DNA of 45,349 bases. Source: Octopus bimaculoides. Lineage: Eukaryota. Below are positions 25,336 through 37,757 of the stretch, piece after piece. Numbering within the stretch: the first letter of the stretch is position 1; each line of letters starts with the position of its first letter. Under the pieces are notes generated by a model that was given only the letters and a program-made list of their open reading frames with translations, was not told the DNA's origin and did no database searches. The translations under genes and the position numbers were made by a program. The stretch is taken from assembly GCF_001194135.2 (NCBI RefSeq), contig NC_068983.1, positions 111,613,072 to 111,658,420 on the forward strand. The letters are read 5' to 3'.

Positions 25336-25488
25336 TCATTGTTCCAAGATCTAGCATTCCACAATTTATTCTCAAATTCTTTATCACTTCTCCCAGATTT
25401 CAACTGGTAATTGGCAGGATTATGACCTTGTCAACTTCTTTATTCCAGCATTCAAGAATTCCATACAAATTGGCATAATATTTTCCCT

Positions 25489-25625
<137 letters not shown>

Positions 25626-25925
25626 CGATCTCTTTATTAACCACAGTGGCTTAAAGTGATATCAAAAATATGAAACTTTCACTAAAGTTATAGGTTAAGA
25701 TAAAATGGAGCCATAAAAACACGTTTACAAATCTGAAAGGAGAGGGTAAAATTGTTATACAAGACGTCGAAAGATATGATAATAATAAGTGAACACACAC
25801 ACACACACACACACATGAAAGTAGGCATGACTGTGTTTAACAAGTCTGCATCCTGACCACATGGCTTTAGTTTCAGTGCCGCTGTGCATGTGTGTGTATG
25901 TGTGTGTGTTTGCATACGTGTGTGT

Positions 25926-26135
25926 ATCATCATCATCACCATCATCATCATCAACATTTACTGGCATGCGTTGGACAGCTTGACAGGAACTGGCAAGTCA
26001 AGGGCTGCACCAGGTTCCATAGTCTGATTTGGCTTGCTTTCTAAGGCTGGATGATTTTCCTAACACCAACCTCTTTACAGAAGGTACTTGGTGCTTTGTA
26101 CATGGCACCACAGCCAGTGCTTTCTATGTGGCACT
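25926..26135 (-). mobile_element. RTE LINE 3' tail fragment
   Basis: (cat)n plus ctggcatgcgttggacag...ggctggatgattttcctaacaccaacc. Confidence 0.7.
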
Positions 26136-26995
26136 TTGGTTTTAGGATCTCCATTATTGTGACCGGGTCTGTCATCTCTTTTTTAAGGTTCAGCATTTTG
26201 AGATCAGCCTTGTATGTAAATATATGTATATATATATATATATATATATNNNNNNNNNNNNNNNNNNNNNNNNNNNNNNNNNNNNNNNNNNNNNNNNNNN
26301 NNNNNNNNNNNNNNNNNNNNNNNNNNNNNNNNNNNNNNNNNNNNNNNNNNNNNNNNNNNNNNNNNNNNNNNNNNNNNNNNNNNNNNNNNNNNNNNNNNNN
26401 NNNNNNNNNNNNNNNNNNNNNNNNNNNNNNNNNNNNNNNNNNNNNNNNNNNNNNNNNNNNNNNNNNNNNNNNNNNNNNNNNNNNNNNNNNNNNNNNNNNN
26501 NNNNNNNNNNNNNNNNNNNNNNNNNNNNNNNNNNNNNNNNNNNNNNNNNNNNNNNNNNNNNNNNNNNNNNNNNNNNNNNNNNNNNNNNNNNNNNNNNNNN
26601 NNNNNNNNNNNNNNNNNNNNNNNNNNNNNNNNNNNNNNNNNNNNNNNNNNNNNNNNNNNNNNNNNNNNNNNNNNNNNNNNNNNNNNNNNNNNNNNNNNNN
26701 NNNNNNNNNNNNNNNNNNNNNNNNNNNNNNNNNNNNNNNNNNNNNNNNNNNNNNNNNNNNNNNNNNNNNNNNNNNNNNNNNNNNNNNNNNNNNNNNNNNN
26801 NNNNNNNNNNNNNNNNNNNNNNNNNNNNNNNNNNNNNNNNNNNNNNNNNNNNNNNNNNNNNNNNNNNNNNNNNNNNNNNNNNNNNNNNNNNNNNNNNNNN
26901 NNNNNNNNNNNNNNNNNNNNNNNNNNNNNNNNNNNNNNNNNNNNNNNNNNNNNNNNNNNNNNNNNNNNNNNNNNNNNNNNNNNNNNNNNNNNNNN

Positions 26996-27034
<39 letters not shown>

Positions 27035-27182
27035 TTTGTATGTCTATATTTTCATGCCATTTTAAGTAAACTGTTTAAATTGTTTTGAAGCTAACGCAAA
27101 GACCATACATCTGTTAGAAAGGGAGAGAAAGAAACAGACAGAGACGGAACGAGAGACAAACTGACAGATAGACAGAGAAGAA

Positions 27183-27213
<31 letters not shown>

Positions 27214-27251
27214 GGAGGGAAAGAGAGAGTGATACTACAACCACTTTGACA

Positions 27252-27395
27252 CCTGACATGTGGTCCACAGTACACCTGTTCAGACAATGTTGATTTGATG
27301 GAGGAGGTGAGCTAATGTACAGCGCATGAACATTTGATCAGAATAAACAAATCATTTGTGCAGGTCATTCGGTCAAAGTTGAACGTTCATAAAAC
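27252..27395 (+). mobile_element. Probable interspersed-repeat (SINE-like) fragment
   Basis: ggaggaggtgagctaatg...tttgatca..ataaacaaatcatttgtgcagg recalled as an octopus repeat; no second copy in the window. Confidence 0.35.
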
Positions 27396-27409
27396 GTCTT
27401 CAACAGGAG

Positions 27410-27993
27410 AGTCCACCATATATAAATATATATATAGGGAGAATTCACAAAAAGCAAAACACAAAGACAGGTGGTGTAGAAAACAAATAGATGTATTAGT
27501 ATAATGCTTAGGAATTGAAAAAGTCTTTAACGTTTCAAGCGTATGCTCTTCAACAGAAAGGAACACAGAAAGAAACAAAGAGAGAAACAAGTAGAGAAAA
27601 AAAATGTGTGTAGTGGTTAGCAATCTATCATGGCAAATGCCGGACAGAAGGGTCACACAGGAGAGCTAACAAAGTAGTAGTGATCCCAAAAGGAAGGTGC
27701 ACGTGTGTAAGAGAGTACGTATGTGCATGTGAAAGAGAGCTACACCATACCACACAACACATGACATCACAACACACCACCACGCACATACCAGCACTGA
27801 CTATTTTCCATCCCCACATGTTCACACTTACACATACACACACGCACACATCAAGATCACCAGCCCTCTTTCGCATGCACATACATACTCTCTTACACAC
27901 GTGCACCTTCATTTTGGGATCACTACTACTTTGTTAGCTCTCCTGTGTGACCCTTCTGTCCGGCATTTGCCATGATAGATCGCTAACCACTAC
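27410..27993 (-). mobile_element. Fold-back element, probably Penelope pLTR-derived, ending in (TA)n
   Basis: 132-bp inverted arms 27610-27741 / 27862-27993 (5 mismatches), hammerhead-like motif at 27525-27560, tail ending gaattctccc(TA)n on the minus strand. Confidence 0.55.
27525..27560 (-). ncRNA. Hammerhead-like motif with variant core
   Basis: Minus: CTTT-CTGTTGA-A-GAGC(ATAC)GCTT-GAAA-CGT-T-AAAG; stem I CTTT/AAAG, palindromic ACGT stem III. Confidence 0.35.
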
Positions 27994-28024
27994 TACTTTG
28001 TTATCTCCCCTTCTCCCTAGCCTG

Positions 28025-28243
28025 ACAATTGCCAGTACCGCCTGACTGGCCTTCATGCCGGTGGCACTTAAAAGCACCCATCACACTCTCGGAGTGGTTG
28101 GCGTTGAGAAGGGCATCCATCTGTAGAAACTCTGCCAAATCAGATTGGAGCCTGGTGTGGCCATCTGGTTCACCAGTCCTCAGTCAAATCGTCCAACCCA
28201 TGCTAGCATGGAAAGCGGACGTTAAACGATGATGATGATGATG
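28025..28243 (+). mobile_element. Young 5'-truncated RTE 3' end
   Basis: High identity to 42850-43068; ends ggacgttaaac(gat)n. Confidence 0.85.
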
Positions 28244-28714
28244 AATAATCTATTTGTCAGAAAAATCTGCACTTGTGTATTAACCAGTAGAATGGGCATA
28301 TTAATCAAAGTATACAGTGTTACAGCTCCATTCCAGTCAATCTTACCAATCATTTTTGCACTGTTATTAGACAACAGTAAATGGTGTTTCTTAACTGTGC
28401 AGTTGTCTAATATCTAGATATCTCATACCCAGTATAAAACTGATTGGTAAAATAAGCTGAAACAGATCAACAATACTGTAAACTTTGGTTGATATGTTAA
28501 TACATATGTACATACATACATACACATAAATATATATATGTGTGTGTGTGTATAAATATAATCAAACTAACTTTTGTTTTTATTAGAAGCATTGAAATGT
28601 GTATTGTATGATACAAACAAGAAGATATTTTTTCAAATGCAGGTTTGCCATTAGAACAGTAAAAATATTGGGTAAATTACCATTACAAGGCAGAAAAATT
28701 TGCCAATAAACAGC

Positions 28715-28782
28715 CATGGGTCTTGAACACACATCCCCCAAGACTCTGGCTGAGTGCTTTGCCATTAAGCTAGACTGCCCAC
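28715..28782 (-). mobile_element. tRNA-like SINE head
   Basis: Minus: TAGCTTAATGGcaaagcac...GTTCAAGACC (A and B boxes) without a complete cloverleaf. Confidence 0.45.
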
Positions 28783-29502
28783 TGATAAATTCATCCACTG
28801 ATTTAGATGCTAAATAGCTTATTGAACAACACAAGTGTATGAATATATATATATATAAATTTATGTACAATATATGGATTTATATCATACAATGGCAATG
28901 ACGAAAAGTTCCTTCAGTGGACATGGTTACGAACCCCATAGTAAACCAATAACTAGGAGTGAAATGTAGATTTCTATGCAGTTTAATTCCAGTAAATCCA
29001 AACAGTGAAGATTATATCGTGAAAAGTATATAGAATAAAAAGAAAGTCAGGCAGTTTGAGATAAATATAGTCATTTCATTTCTCCTGACTTTTCTCTCTC
29101 TATCTGTCTTTCTCTCTTTCTCTCCATTTATATATATATATATATATGTATACACACACAAACATATATATGTATGTACGTATGTATGCATATATGTTTG
29201 TCTGCGCATTTGTGTGTTTACGTGAGTTTGCATTTCCTCTTGTCTTCACATGTGTTTCCTTGTTGTAAACAGTGGCTTCACGGACAGAGGTGGATGATGC
29301 ACACAGATTTCTATAAATCAATTCTTAAAAAAATATGATAAAATACATAACAATTAAAACAAGATAATTTAAAGAATATATAACATGAAAGATTACTGAT
29401 TAGGAAGAGTTTGGGATTCCACAACATTGTTCGTTTAAGCATTTCCTAAATTGTTTTAGAGAACAACCAAATACATTTACTTTCTTTTCGTGTTTGTGTG
29501 TC

Positions 29503-29535
<33 letters not shown>

Positions 29536-29699
29536 TTCGCTTTGTTTTCTTTTTGGTGGCAGGTTATTTGATGTTGAAATACACAGATATCTGTAAAATA
29601 TATATTTTTTATTTAATGTGTTGATTTTAATTATATGCACATGGTTTATATTCCAAAACTAATTGCCTAGGTGTCATTATATCGTCTTCCGTAAGTCTG

Positions 29700-30876
29700 T
29701 GGCATCAGAGATACGTGATTTTGTCTATTATCTGTTAATTTGATTTTCAGAGGACAGTAAATCTTAGTTCAGCTTTGTTCTCTGCACTTCCTTCGTTATT
29801 TTCCTGAGGAGGTATTTTGGTGTCGTTTAGAAGAAATTGTTTCTCCTCAAGTATTTCAGTTGTTTTGTGTTGAGTCTTTTTTTTTTTCCTTTTTTTGTGG
29901 TAGTGGTGTATAGTGGAGATTTTTGTTTTCCTCTTTTTCCATTTGTGTTTTCGTCTCTGATTATTTCTTTCTCATTGCACGATAAAATTGTGTCACTACA
30001 GGTTAGGAGAAAAGGAGTCTGTTCATCTATCTGTAATATTTGACCTAAAGATATTTTTTTTTGTTATTCCCAGAGATTATGTTGTTGCTGTTACTCTTCA
30101 TAACTTTTGTTACTTTTATTTTTACTTAGTTTTCCAACTTCTAAGGTGTGTTTTGCTCTTACTAATAATATAACAAGTAGGCCTTCTACTCTGCATCTTC
30201 AATCTTATGCATTTCTTTCAACATCTTTCATTAGGTATAGTTCTGGTATTGCTCTGTGGCCTTTGGAGTTCATTAAGACTTACAAGTCCATTTTGACATC
30301 CCAATTTTGACAGATCACATTCCTTATATCTGCTTTGATCCCTTTGTAGTACTGAGACAGAGGTAACTATGCCATAGATCTACAACATATCCGGTGTCTT
30401 TCATTGGCCCATGTATTGAGGCACAAATGTATAGTCAGTGGTTTTTCTGACAATTTCAGACTGTGTTTTTAGATTGAAAAGTTCAGTATATACAGCTATG
30501 ATTTTTCTTCCCTTTTATCATGTGCGATAAATATTCATGATATATTCTGGAGAAGCTTGTATCATTACTGAATATGAGGTGAAATTTAGGTCACTTCCAT
30601 CTTTACATAGACAGAGATATATAAGTTTTCTCTTCACATTCTCCTGGATTATCTTCAATGACATAGAAATGCGGTTGGATTTTATAAAATTCTCCAGTCT
30701 ACTTTTTTTTGTCTGTTCATTTTGCTTTAAAGAAAGGTTTGTCTTTAGAGAACTGCAAAATGAATGGTCCATAATGTTTGGAGTGTAATAATTGCTACTG
30801 TTGATGTTATTGTTGCTGTGTTCCAGATTATATATTTGAGTATAAAAGACATTTTCTTCAATTAAATTCTCACTAA
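29700..30876 (-). pseudogene. Decayed L1/Tx1-like ORF1 relic (putative)
   Basis: Open stretch 30518-30876, then in the same frame across stops FVPQYMGQ, IYGIVTSV and RRPTCYIISKSKTHLR (decayed CCHC knuckle-like), followed by a K/E/N-rich tail. Confidence 0.4.
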
Positions 30877-32267
30877 NNNNNNNNNNNNNNNNNNNNNNNN
30901 NNNNNNNNNNNNNNNNNNNNNNNNNNNNNNNNNNNNNNNNNNNNNNNNNNNNNNNNNNNNNNNNNNNNNNNNNNNNNNNNNNNNNNNNNNNNNNNNNNNN
31001 NNNNNNNNNNNNNNNNNNNNNNNNNNNNNNNNNNNNNNNNNNNNNNNNNNNNNNNNNNNNNTTTAGAGAACTGCAAAATGAATGGTCCATAATGTTTGGA
31101 GTGTAATAATTGCTACTGTTGATGTTATTGTTGCTGTGTTCCAGATTATATATTTGAGTATAAAAGACATTTTCTTCAATTAAATTCTCACTAAATGTTA
31201 ATTCGTCTTGTACTTTTAGTTGTAGGTTTTGACTGGGTGTTATTTTTTTTTAACCATTGTGATATTTCATCATGAGGTATAATTATATGTGCTTGTCATT
31301 TTAGATGTGAAAATGAAATCAATTGCCAGAAAATTGGTATTATATCAATATTATATTACACATTCTTAAGGTTGAATTAGTCAAACTAGAATTATTCCTA
31401 TGAATTATACCTCTCCTTTAAAATTTGCATTCCAATGTTAGGAACAATTATTTCCATTATCTTCATCTTCAATAGCACTTGAATTATTAAAAGGAAAATA
31501 GCCACATTTATCAAGTAAAATGTGATCTTAAATATAATGCATCGTATCCCTCAGTTTTTGCTACTAAAAGTTAGTAATATATTTTATCATGTTATATAAC
31601 GTGACCTCCAAGTACAGCCATAGTTATTTATAATTTTATTAAAGAAACCAATGTAAAATTGCAGTAAAATTTAACACACATAAAACACTGAAGCTAAAAA
31701 CAAAAACAAAAAAAAAACTAAACACAAACACTATATCTGGCATGGTTCCTGGATTTGTTTGCTCAGTAACTTTTGCTTAAAAGTTATTGAATGAAAGCTG
31801 TAGCACAGGTTAAAAAAAGGTCATCATCCATAAATGAGTTTATCACTTAAAAACTATCAAGATCTGATTCATCATCTGATTCTTCAAATAAGTGCCACCA
31901 TCCCTTTTGATTAAACTTTTCTTTGCTTGCAACTTTAGATATAGTGAGGTTATATATATGTATATATATCGTTTGTAAAAAATCTTCTGATTCTTTTAAT
32001 GTGCTGGTTCCCTGGTATTAAATTGATATTAATTAATATCANNNNNNNNNNNNNNNNNNNNNNNNNNNNNNNNNNNNNNNNNNNNNNNNNNNNNNNNNNN
32101 NNNNNNNNNNNNNNNNNNNNNNNNNNNNNNNNNNNNNNNNNNNNNNNNNNNNNNNNNNNNNNNNNNNNNNNNNNNNNNNNNNNNNNNNNNNNNNNNNNNN
32201 NNNNNNNNNNNNNNNNNNNNNNNNNNNNNNNNNNNNNNNNNNNNNNNNNNNNNNNNNNNNNNNNNNN

Positions 32268-32314
<47 letters not shown>

Positions 32315-32456
32315 CGTTTGTAAAAAATCTTCTGATTCTTTTAATGTGCTGGTTCCCTGGTATTAAATTGATATTAATTAATATCATATTTTTATCCTAT
32401 TATGTTTGTAAAAAAACATACATCTGAAAGAAGAAGCACACTCTAATATGTGGAGC

Positions 32457-32687
32457 AGTATATATTAAAAATGGGAAAGGCCGGTTTATGGGATTATCTC
32501 AGGTTTCCTATCCATAGAGGGCTTAGCTTCATGGCATATTGTCAGATCCCTGCTGGCCCATATTCTTAAGAGGTCATGGGCCAGCAAGCTTTTGAGATCT
32601 GACGATACACCATAAAGTTAAACCCTTTATGGACAGGAAACCTAAGATAATCCCATAAACCGGCCTTCCCCATTTTTGATATATACT
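32457..32687. mobile_element. Fold-back MITE (231 bp, almost wholly palindromic)
   Basis: ~100-bp arms aaaaatggg..ccggtttatgggattatct..cagatc..tgctggcccat and their reverse complement; TA-rich ends. Confidence 0.75.
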
Positions 32688-33125
32688 AGACTACCCATAA
32701 CCTGTTGGGTCACTGAGAATGTCTGAGTTTCCCAGCAACGGCGTTTTGTTTTGTGTTTTTGTTTTCTTTTCCAGGTTATTTTGCACGTTTTCAACAAATG
32801 TGACATTGAAATCACACGTAAGCAGCTCCTTTCCCCAGAAAAAGGAATGTTTGGCTGCTATATCTTGCACGCCCAGTAGTTATCTTGCACACCCTGTAGT
32901 TGAATGCACTCGAAAAATCCCATGGAAAACAATTATTTCACATTGAGGTTACAAATAGGTCTTTTATGAAATATTTATGCCAAAACAATTTTTGTGTTGG
33001 TATTCACTTGAAAATAATTTTAAAAAACATTAAAATATTGTCTGTTTAAAGAAAGCTAAAATATAAATATTTATTGTACAAACAATTCACATTTTTGAAA
33101 TCACATTCACTTAAAAATATTTCTA

Positions 33126-33256
33126 AACTAGAAAAGCACTCGGAGAGTGCAGACCTCCGCCAAGCAGTTCATTTCCACTCATATACACACATGCTGAAAA
33201 TCGCCAAATTTCCCAAACCAACGCTGGCAAAAACATAACCTCCTTGGCAGGGGTAA
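33126..33256 (-). mobile_element. HINE-like non-autonomous Helentron/Helitron element
   Basis: Sub-terminal inverted repeats cctccgccaag (33154-33164) / cttggcagggg (33243-33253), hairpin GCACTC-gga-GAGTGC (33136-33150), CTAG end at 33128-33131. Confidence 0.65.
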
Positions 33257-33389
33257 AAAAAAAAATAACACAGCCATATGATTTTTTAAAAAAACCCTCT
33301 GAAAACAGGAATCATCTGAAGCAGTTATAATATATCAATAACAACAGCAAGCTAGTTTCACCATACAACTAAAACGAAACAACAATTAC

Positions 33390-36100
33390 CTAAAACTTGA
33401 GTGATACACACACAACATCATGGTCGGAAAAGTAACAGTCAGTTACGGTGACTTGTGGACGCCGATCCTGGTTCACATGAACATGATCTAGCAGGCTTCC
33501 ACAGTTGGTGGTGGGTTTTTGGACTAGTTGGTCAAACCCAAACTGGTTGATAGTTGTCAAGAACTCATGGTTAGGGTCATCGAGGAAATCCACTTTGAAA
33601 TCACCAAGGACGATGGTCAGATGATTCTTCAGCTAATATCTTATAAGATGATGCAGGCTGGTGAGGAAAGGAGCAACTGGTACGGAAGGAGATCTGTAAA
33701 TGGTGATGATATTGATTTTTGTTGACGAGATGGTCACCCCAACAGCGGTGTACTCTAAGCCACTGGCATTCAAATGTATATCCGTAGGGGCAATCTCCTG
33801 CTTGGCAACAGTCATCACCCCACCTCCATGCCCCATTGTAGCAGGCCTGTCTGCTCTAGTGATTATTTGACTGCAGTAGGATGGATGCTACTTGTTGATT
33901 CTGCTTCAAGAACGTTTCCACGAAACAAAACATCAACATTTTGAAGAGTGTTGTCTGCTTTCAAGTCTTGTCCATGTTCAAAGTAGGACCTGATATTGAG
34001 CAGTCTGATCTGCAGTCTTCTACGGGTAACTGTGGGAGCAGCAGAAGGCGAAGTTTCAAACAACATTTGCTGCTGAAGCCTGTCCATTTCACGAACAACA
34101 GATGGAATAATACAGATTGCAGTGGTATCAAATCCAAGCAAGAAGAAGCCACTCAAGTGTTGGACATGACTCAAGGCAACATACGCCTGACTAGGCATGA
34201 AGGAACCTTTTCCTTGCAAGGTAACAACAATCTTAACGATGGTCTTATCCTGGACTTTATGTATGATGCAACCCCAGGCCAGTGAGAGAGGAAATTGCGA
34301 ACGCTCTGCCGCCACAGATCGTCTACCCCTCCCGGTATAGAACTGAACATCCAGTCATTTGATGGGAACAAACCAGTAATCTAGGTCAGAGTTCCCACAG
34401 ATGTCTTGGAGCCAATGAAAGATGTAGTAGAGGAGGTTGGCTCCAACCATAGACACCTCATCTATAAGTGGAGAGTATTTAGCTTCTCACAGCCTGCCTA
34501 TTGGTACTGAGTACTAGTCTTGGGTCCAATGCTAAATCCAAGAGCTGAATGCAACGTCATCCCCTCAATGCCAAATGCTGCTGTCCCTGCGAAAGCAGTC
34601 AGCAGAACAGGAAGTTCGTTAGGACTGAAATGTCCAGAGAGTAGTTTTAGCAGCTTCATAGTTTCATAGTGAACCAGCTCGATAACATGGCCCTTCCCAA
34701 CTCCTCCTAGCCTACTGAGAAAAACTTTGTACTGCGGCATGGGTTGGTCATGTTTCAAAGCAATGGTCACATCTTTACACCACTTTCGATGAAACATTAT
34801 GACAACTTCCATCTACTTTTTGTTCAGCAACCGCATCATGGCTCTGTACTGCTTAGGATTCATTAGGACCTTACTAAACTCTGCAGTAAAATGAGCATGA
34901 AACTCTGAGCGATTACCTGACACCTCTGGAGCTAGATCGACATTTCTTAATTGATCTTCCTGTGGAAGCTACCTTTCCTGTACAGCACCTTCGTCTTCTT
35001 CTTCCACATGTTGGAACTCCACATTTGGAGGCCACAGCATCCCAGACATCTTCAGGAGGTTCCATCCTTTTCAAATCCTCACAGGCTCTGTCCAGTTCAT
35101 CAGTGTTAACACTGTAGTACTGGCCAAAGTAGTACTGTTTGTCAGGTGTTGTCTCAAGATAGTCAATGAGCTTTTGTCGTATGTCAGGCCCCATCGATGT
35201 TCTGCTCTCCAACTGAAGTGAGAGATGCTGATACAGCATGAAAGAAGCAGTTACCATCTGCAGGGATCTGCTTTATCTTCAAGTTGTGCCTCTTACCAGA
35301 TGTTCCACCATGCGGTAACTGTTTCCAGTTGGCATGAATGACAGAGGAGCAGAGGATTCTGGTTAATCAACTTCCATCTCCCCTGGACAGGCTTTGGCCA
35401 TTACTTCCTACAGCTCTGGATCATCATCTTCCCACTTATTTTCCCAGTCTGTGCAAATGACGATGTCCTTATACAAAAGGTTGCTCTGCTTCGACCAATT
35501 GAGTGCCTCCATCACCATTCTAGGCTGAATGTATTCGTGCATATGATGCCCTTTGTAGCAGAGATTTCTCTTCAGTTTCAGAGCTACCGCTTGTGCTGTG
35601 TCAGGAAGCCTTGGCAACGATGATACCACAGGTTGTAGCTTTGATGGCACATTTACTGCACTACCATGGATGGCTTTTTGTCCTCCTTTTGGCAGAACCA
35701 CAACCTTCATAAATGGGATCCTCTGACTGATCAGTCTCAGTTCTAGAGGCCTTGGATCAGATAGTGCTGGTGATATTACATCCAGGCCCAAACCATTGAT
35801 CCATGATTGAATTGGAACTTTTCCATGATTCATTGACAAATGGCAGGTGTTGCAAACCCATGATTTGTCATATGTTAATATTCCACTGCTTGCTTTAAGA
35901 ATGACGTCAATTGTTCTGTTTGTGGGATATTTCTCAGCCTTCATCTCCAGAACTGATGATCGGTAATGCAGTTGGTGACAGGAGCAGCAAGGATAGATTG
36001 GTCCTTCCTCTATCTTAGACATGAAGACTGCATCACTTTCTATCACAGCCAATTCATTCATCTTTGCTCTACGACCTTGCATCCTGTTTTTCTCTAAGAT
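33390..36100 (-). mobile_element. Internally deleted Helentron (Zn-finger/DUF6570-like, OTU, PIF1 helicase, APE endonuclease)
   Basis: CCSC..VCNTC..LRLISQRIPFMK..G.AVNVP; IPADGNCFFHAVS; [49 protein letters not shown]; LNIRS, TIYRSP, LGDF, SLLDHVHV, FSDHD. Confidence 0.9.
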
Positions 36101-36347
36101 TCAAGTATGTGAAATTGTGAATAAAGTGCAACAGTTTCTACTACCATAGCAAATGGTTCTGTGTGTTACTGAGAAATTTATTGAGCGAAACAAAGCTTCT
36201 TTTAAGCAAATAACTCTAGACTTCTTTTTTCAAAAGAAATCTACTACTCCATCTACAAGTGCTGGTGCTGGTGTATCAGTCATCGTGCCTGCAAGTGATG
36301 GTGTGTGTGAGTCTAGTGCAAGTGAAAGTGTTTCAGAAAATTATTAA
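36100..36347 (+). pseudogene. Possible pogo/Tigger transposase C-terminal remnant
   Basis: KASFKQITLDFFFQKK resembles the KQTTLDxFF tail of Tigger-type transposases; no other motif seen. Confidence 0.3.
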
Positions 36348-36734
36348 TTTCAGGGCCTTGTGCCTATAATAGGAAAGATTATTCTTAGACACAACTGGAG
36401 CTGTGTTAGTAGTTCACTATCAGTTGTTTTCAACTACTAGTCAGTTCAGTATGAACAGTTTTCAATATAAGCTACTTTTAAAAGATGTATCTGTCTACTT
36501 ACCAAACTAAACCTACCTACCTACCTACTTTACATCTCTCTGTGGTCATTATAGTATCAGTCTTCCCTCATGGGCCCAGCATCAGTTGCTGCTACCATTG
36601 CCTCCTCCTCTGCTGCTGTTTTTAGCAACACTTGAATATGTTAGTGTCATTTAATTTCTGAACTGTTTCGCTGCCATTTGTTTATGTAGTTTGATATCTT
36701 TATCCATCAGTTTCTAGTAAGATAGATATGTGAA

Positions 36735-37459
36735 TAAAATTATGCATTTCTATCTGTGATTCGCTTTATAAATGGAATAAAAACATGCCTTTTTTAAAGC
36801 AAATTGAGACAGGTGATGAGAAATGGATTATCTACGGAAATGTTCAGAGAAGCAATCCTGGAGTAAGCGACATGAGCCGCCCTTAGCCACCCCAAAAGCG
36901 AATCTTCTCCCTAAAAAAGTCTTGCTTTATGTCTGGTGGGATTGCAAAGGAATTCTGTACTATGAGCTTCTCCCAAGTAACCAGACAATTAATTCTGAGA
37001 AATATTGCACACAGCTGGATGAGTTTAAAGCAGCAATTCAAGAGAAACGTCCAGAATTGGCCAACAGGAAGTGTGTTGTTTTCCAACATGATAATGCAAG
37101 ACCGCACGTTTCTTTGGGAACCAGACAAAAATTGCTGCAGCTCAGCTGGGATGTGTTACCCCACCCTCCATATTCATCAGATATTGTTCCTTCGGATTTC
37201 CACTTATTCAGGTCTCTGCAGAATAGTCTTAATGGTAAAACTTTCAATTCCTTGGATGACGTAAAAGGATACCTTGATGAATTATTTGCCATGAAACCAC
37301 CTCAATTCCAGGAAGAGGGTATTTTCAAGTTAAAGGAAAGATGGAGACGCATTGTGCAACAAAATGGTTCAGATTTGGTTGATTAAAAATGTAATGGCAA
37401 GTATTTATTGACCTTTTTCTGTCCTTTAAAAATCAGTACAAACTTTCCGGACAACCCAA
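36735..37459 (+). mobile_element. 5'-truncated mariner transposon, DD34D
   Basis: PFLKQIETGDEKW (frameshifted), VWWDCKG, QHDNARPH, HPPYSSDIVPSDFHLF (34 residues D2-D3); 3' TIR ctttccggacaacccaa followed by TA. Confidence 0.92.
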
Positions 37460-37669
37460 TATATATACAAAAGATTAGGATTTAAATGAACCAGAAATCA
37501 TGAAGGTACATATGCTGTTGATTATTGAATGTTTTTAAATGTTGTGGTTCATGTATTTAACTAATGAAAATGGGTTTTTTCTAATGATGTAATGTCTCTA
37601 TTAATCAATTAAAAATTCATTGGAAACGGCTGTAGTGAATTGAAACATTATCCATCTGTTGTTATTCAT

Positions 37670-37757
37670 ACATACATACATACATACATATTGTGTGTGT
37701 GTGTGTGTGTGTATGTGTGTATGTATATATATGTATACACACACGCACGCACACACG

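Noticed and set aside
31300-31920. Possible piggyBac transposase relic (LFEESDDESDLDSF on the minus strand)
   Set aside because: Only a low-complexity acidic patch; no catalytic motifs recovered.
32775-32817. 43-bp exon-like segment (pyrimidine tract-CAG ... GTAAGC)
   Set aside because: Good splice-like signals but no recognisable peptide or partner exons; adjacent DNA (ttatcttgcacaccctgta) resembles a Tc1/mariner end. RNA-seq would be needed.
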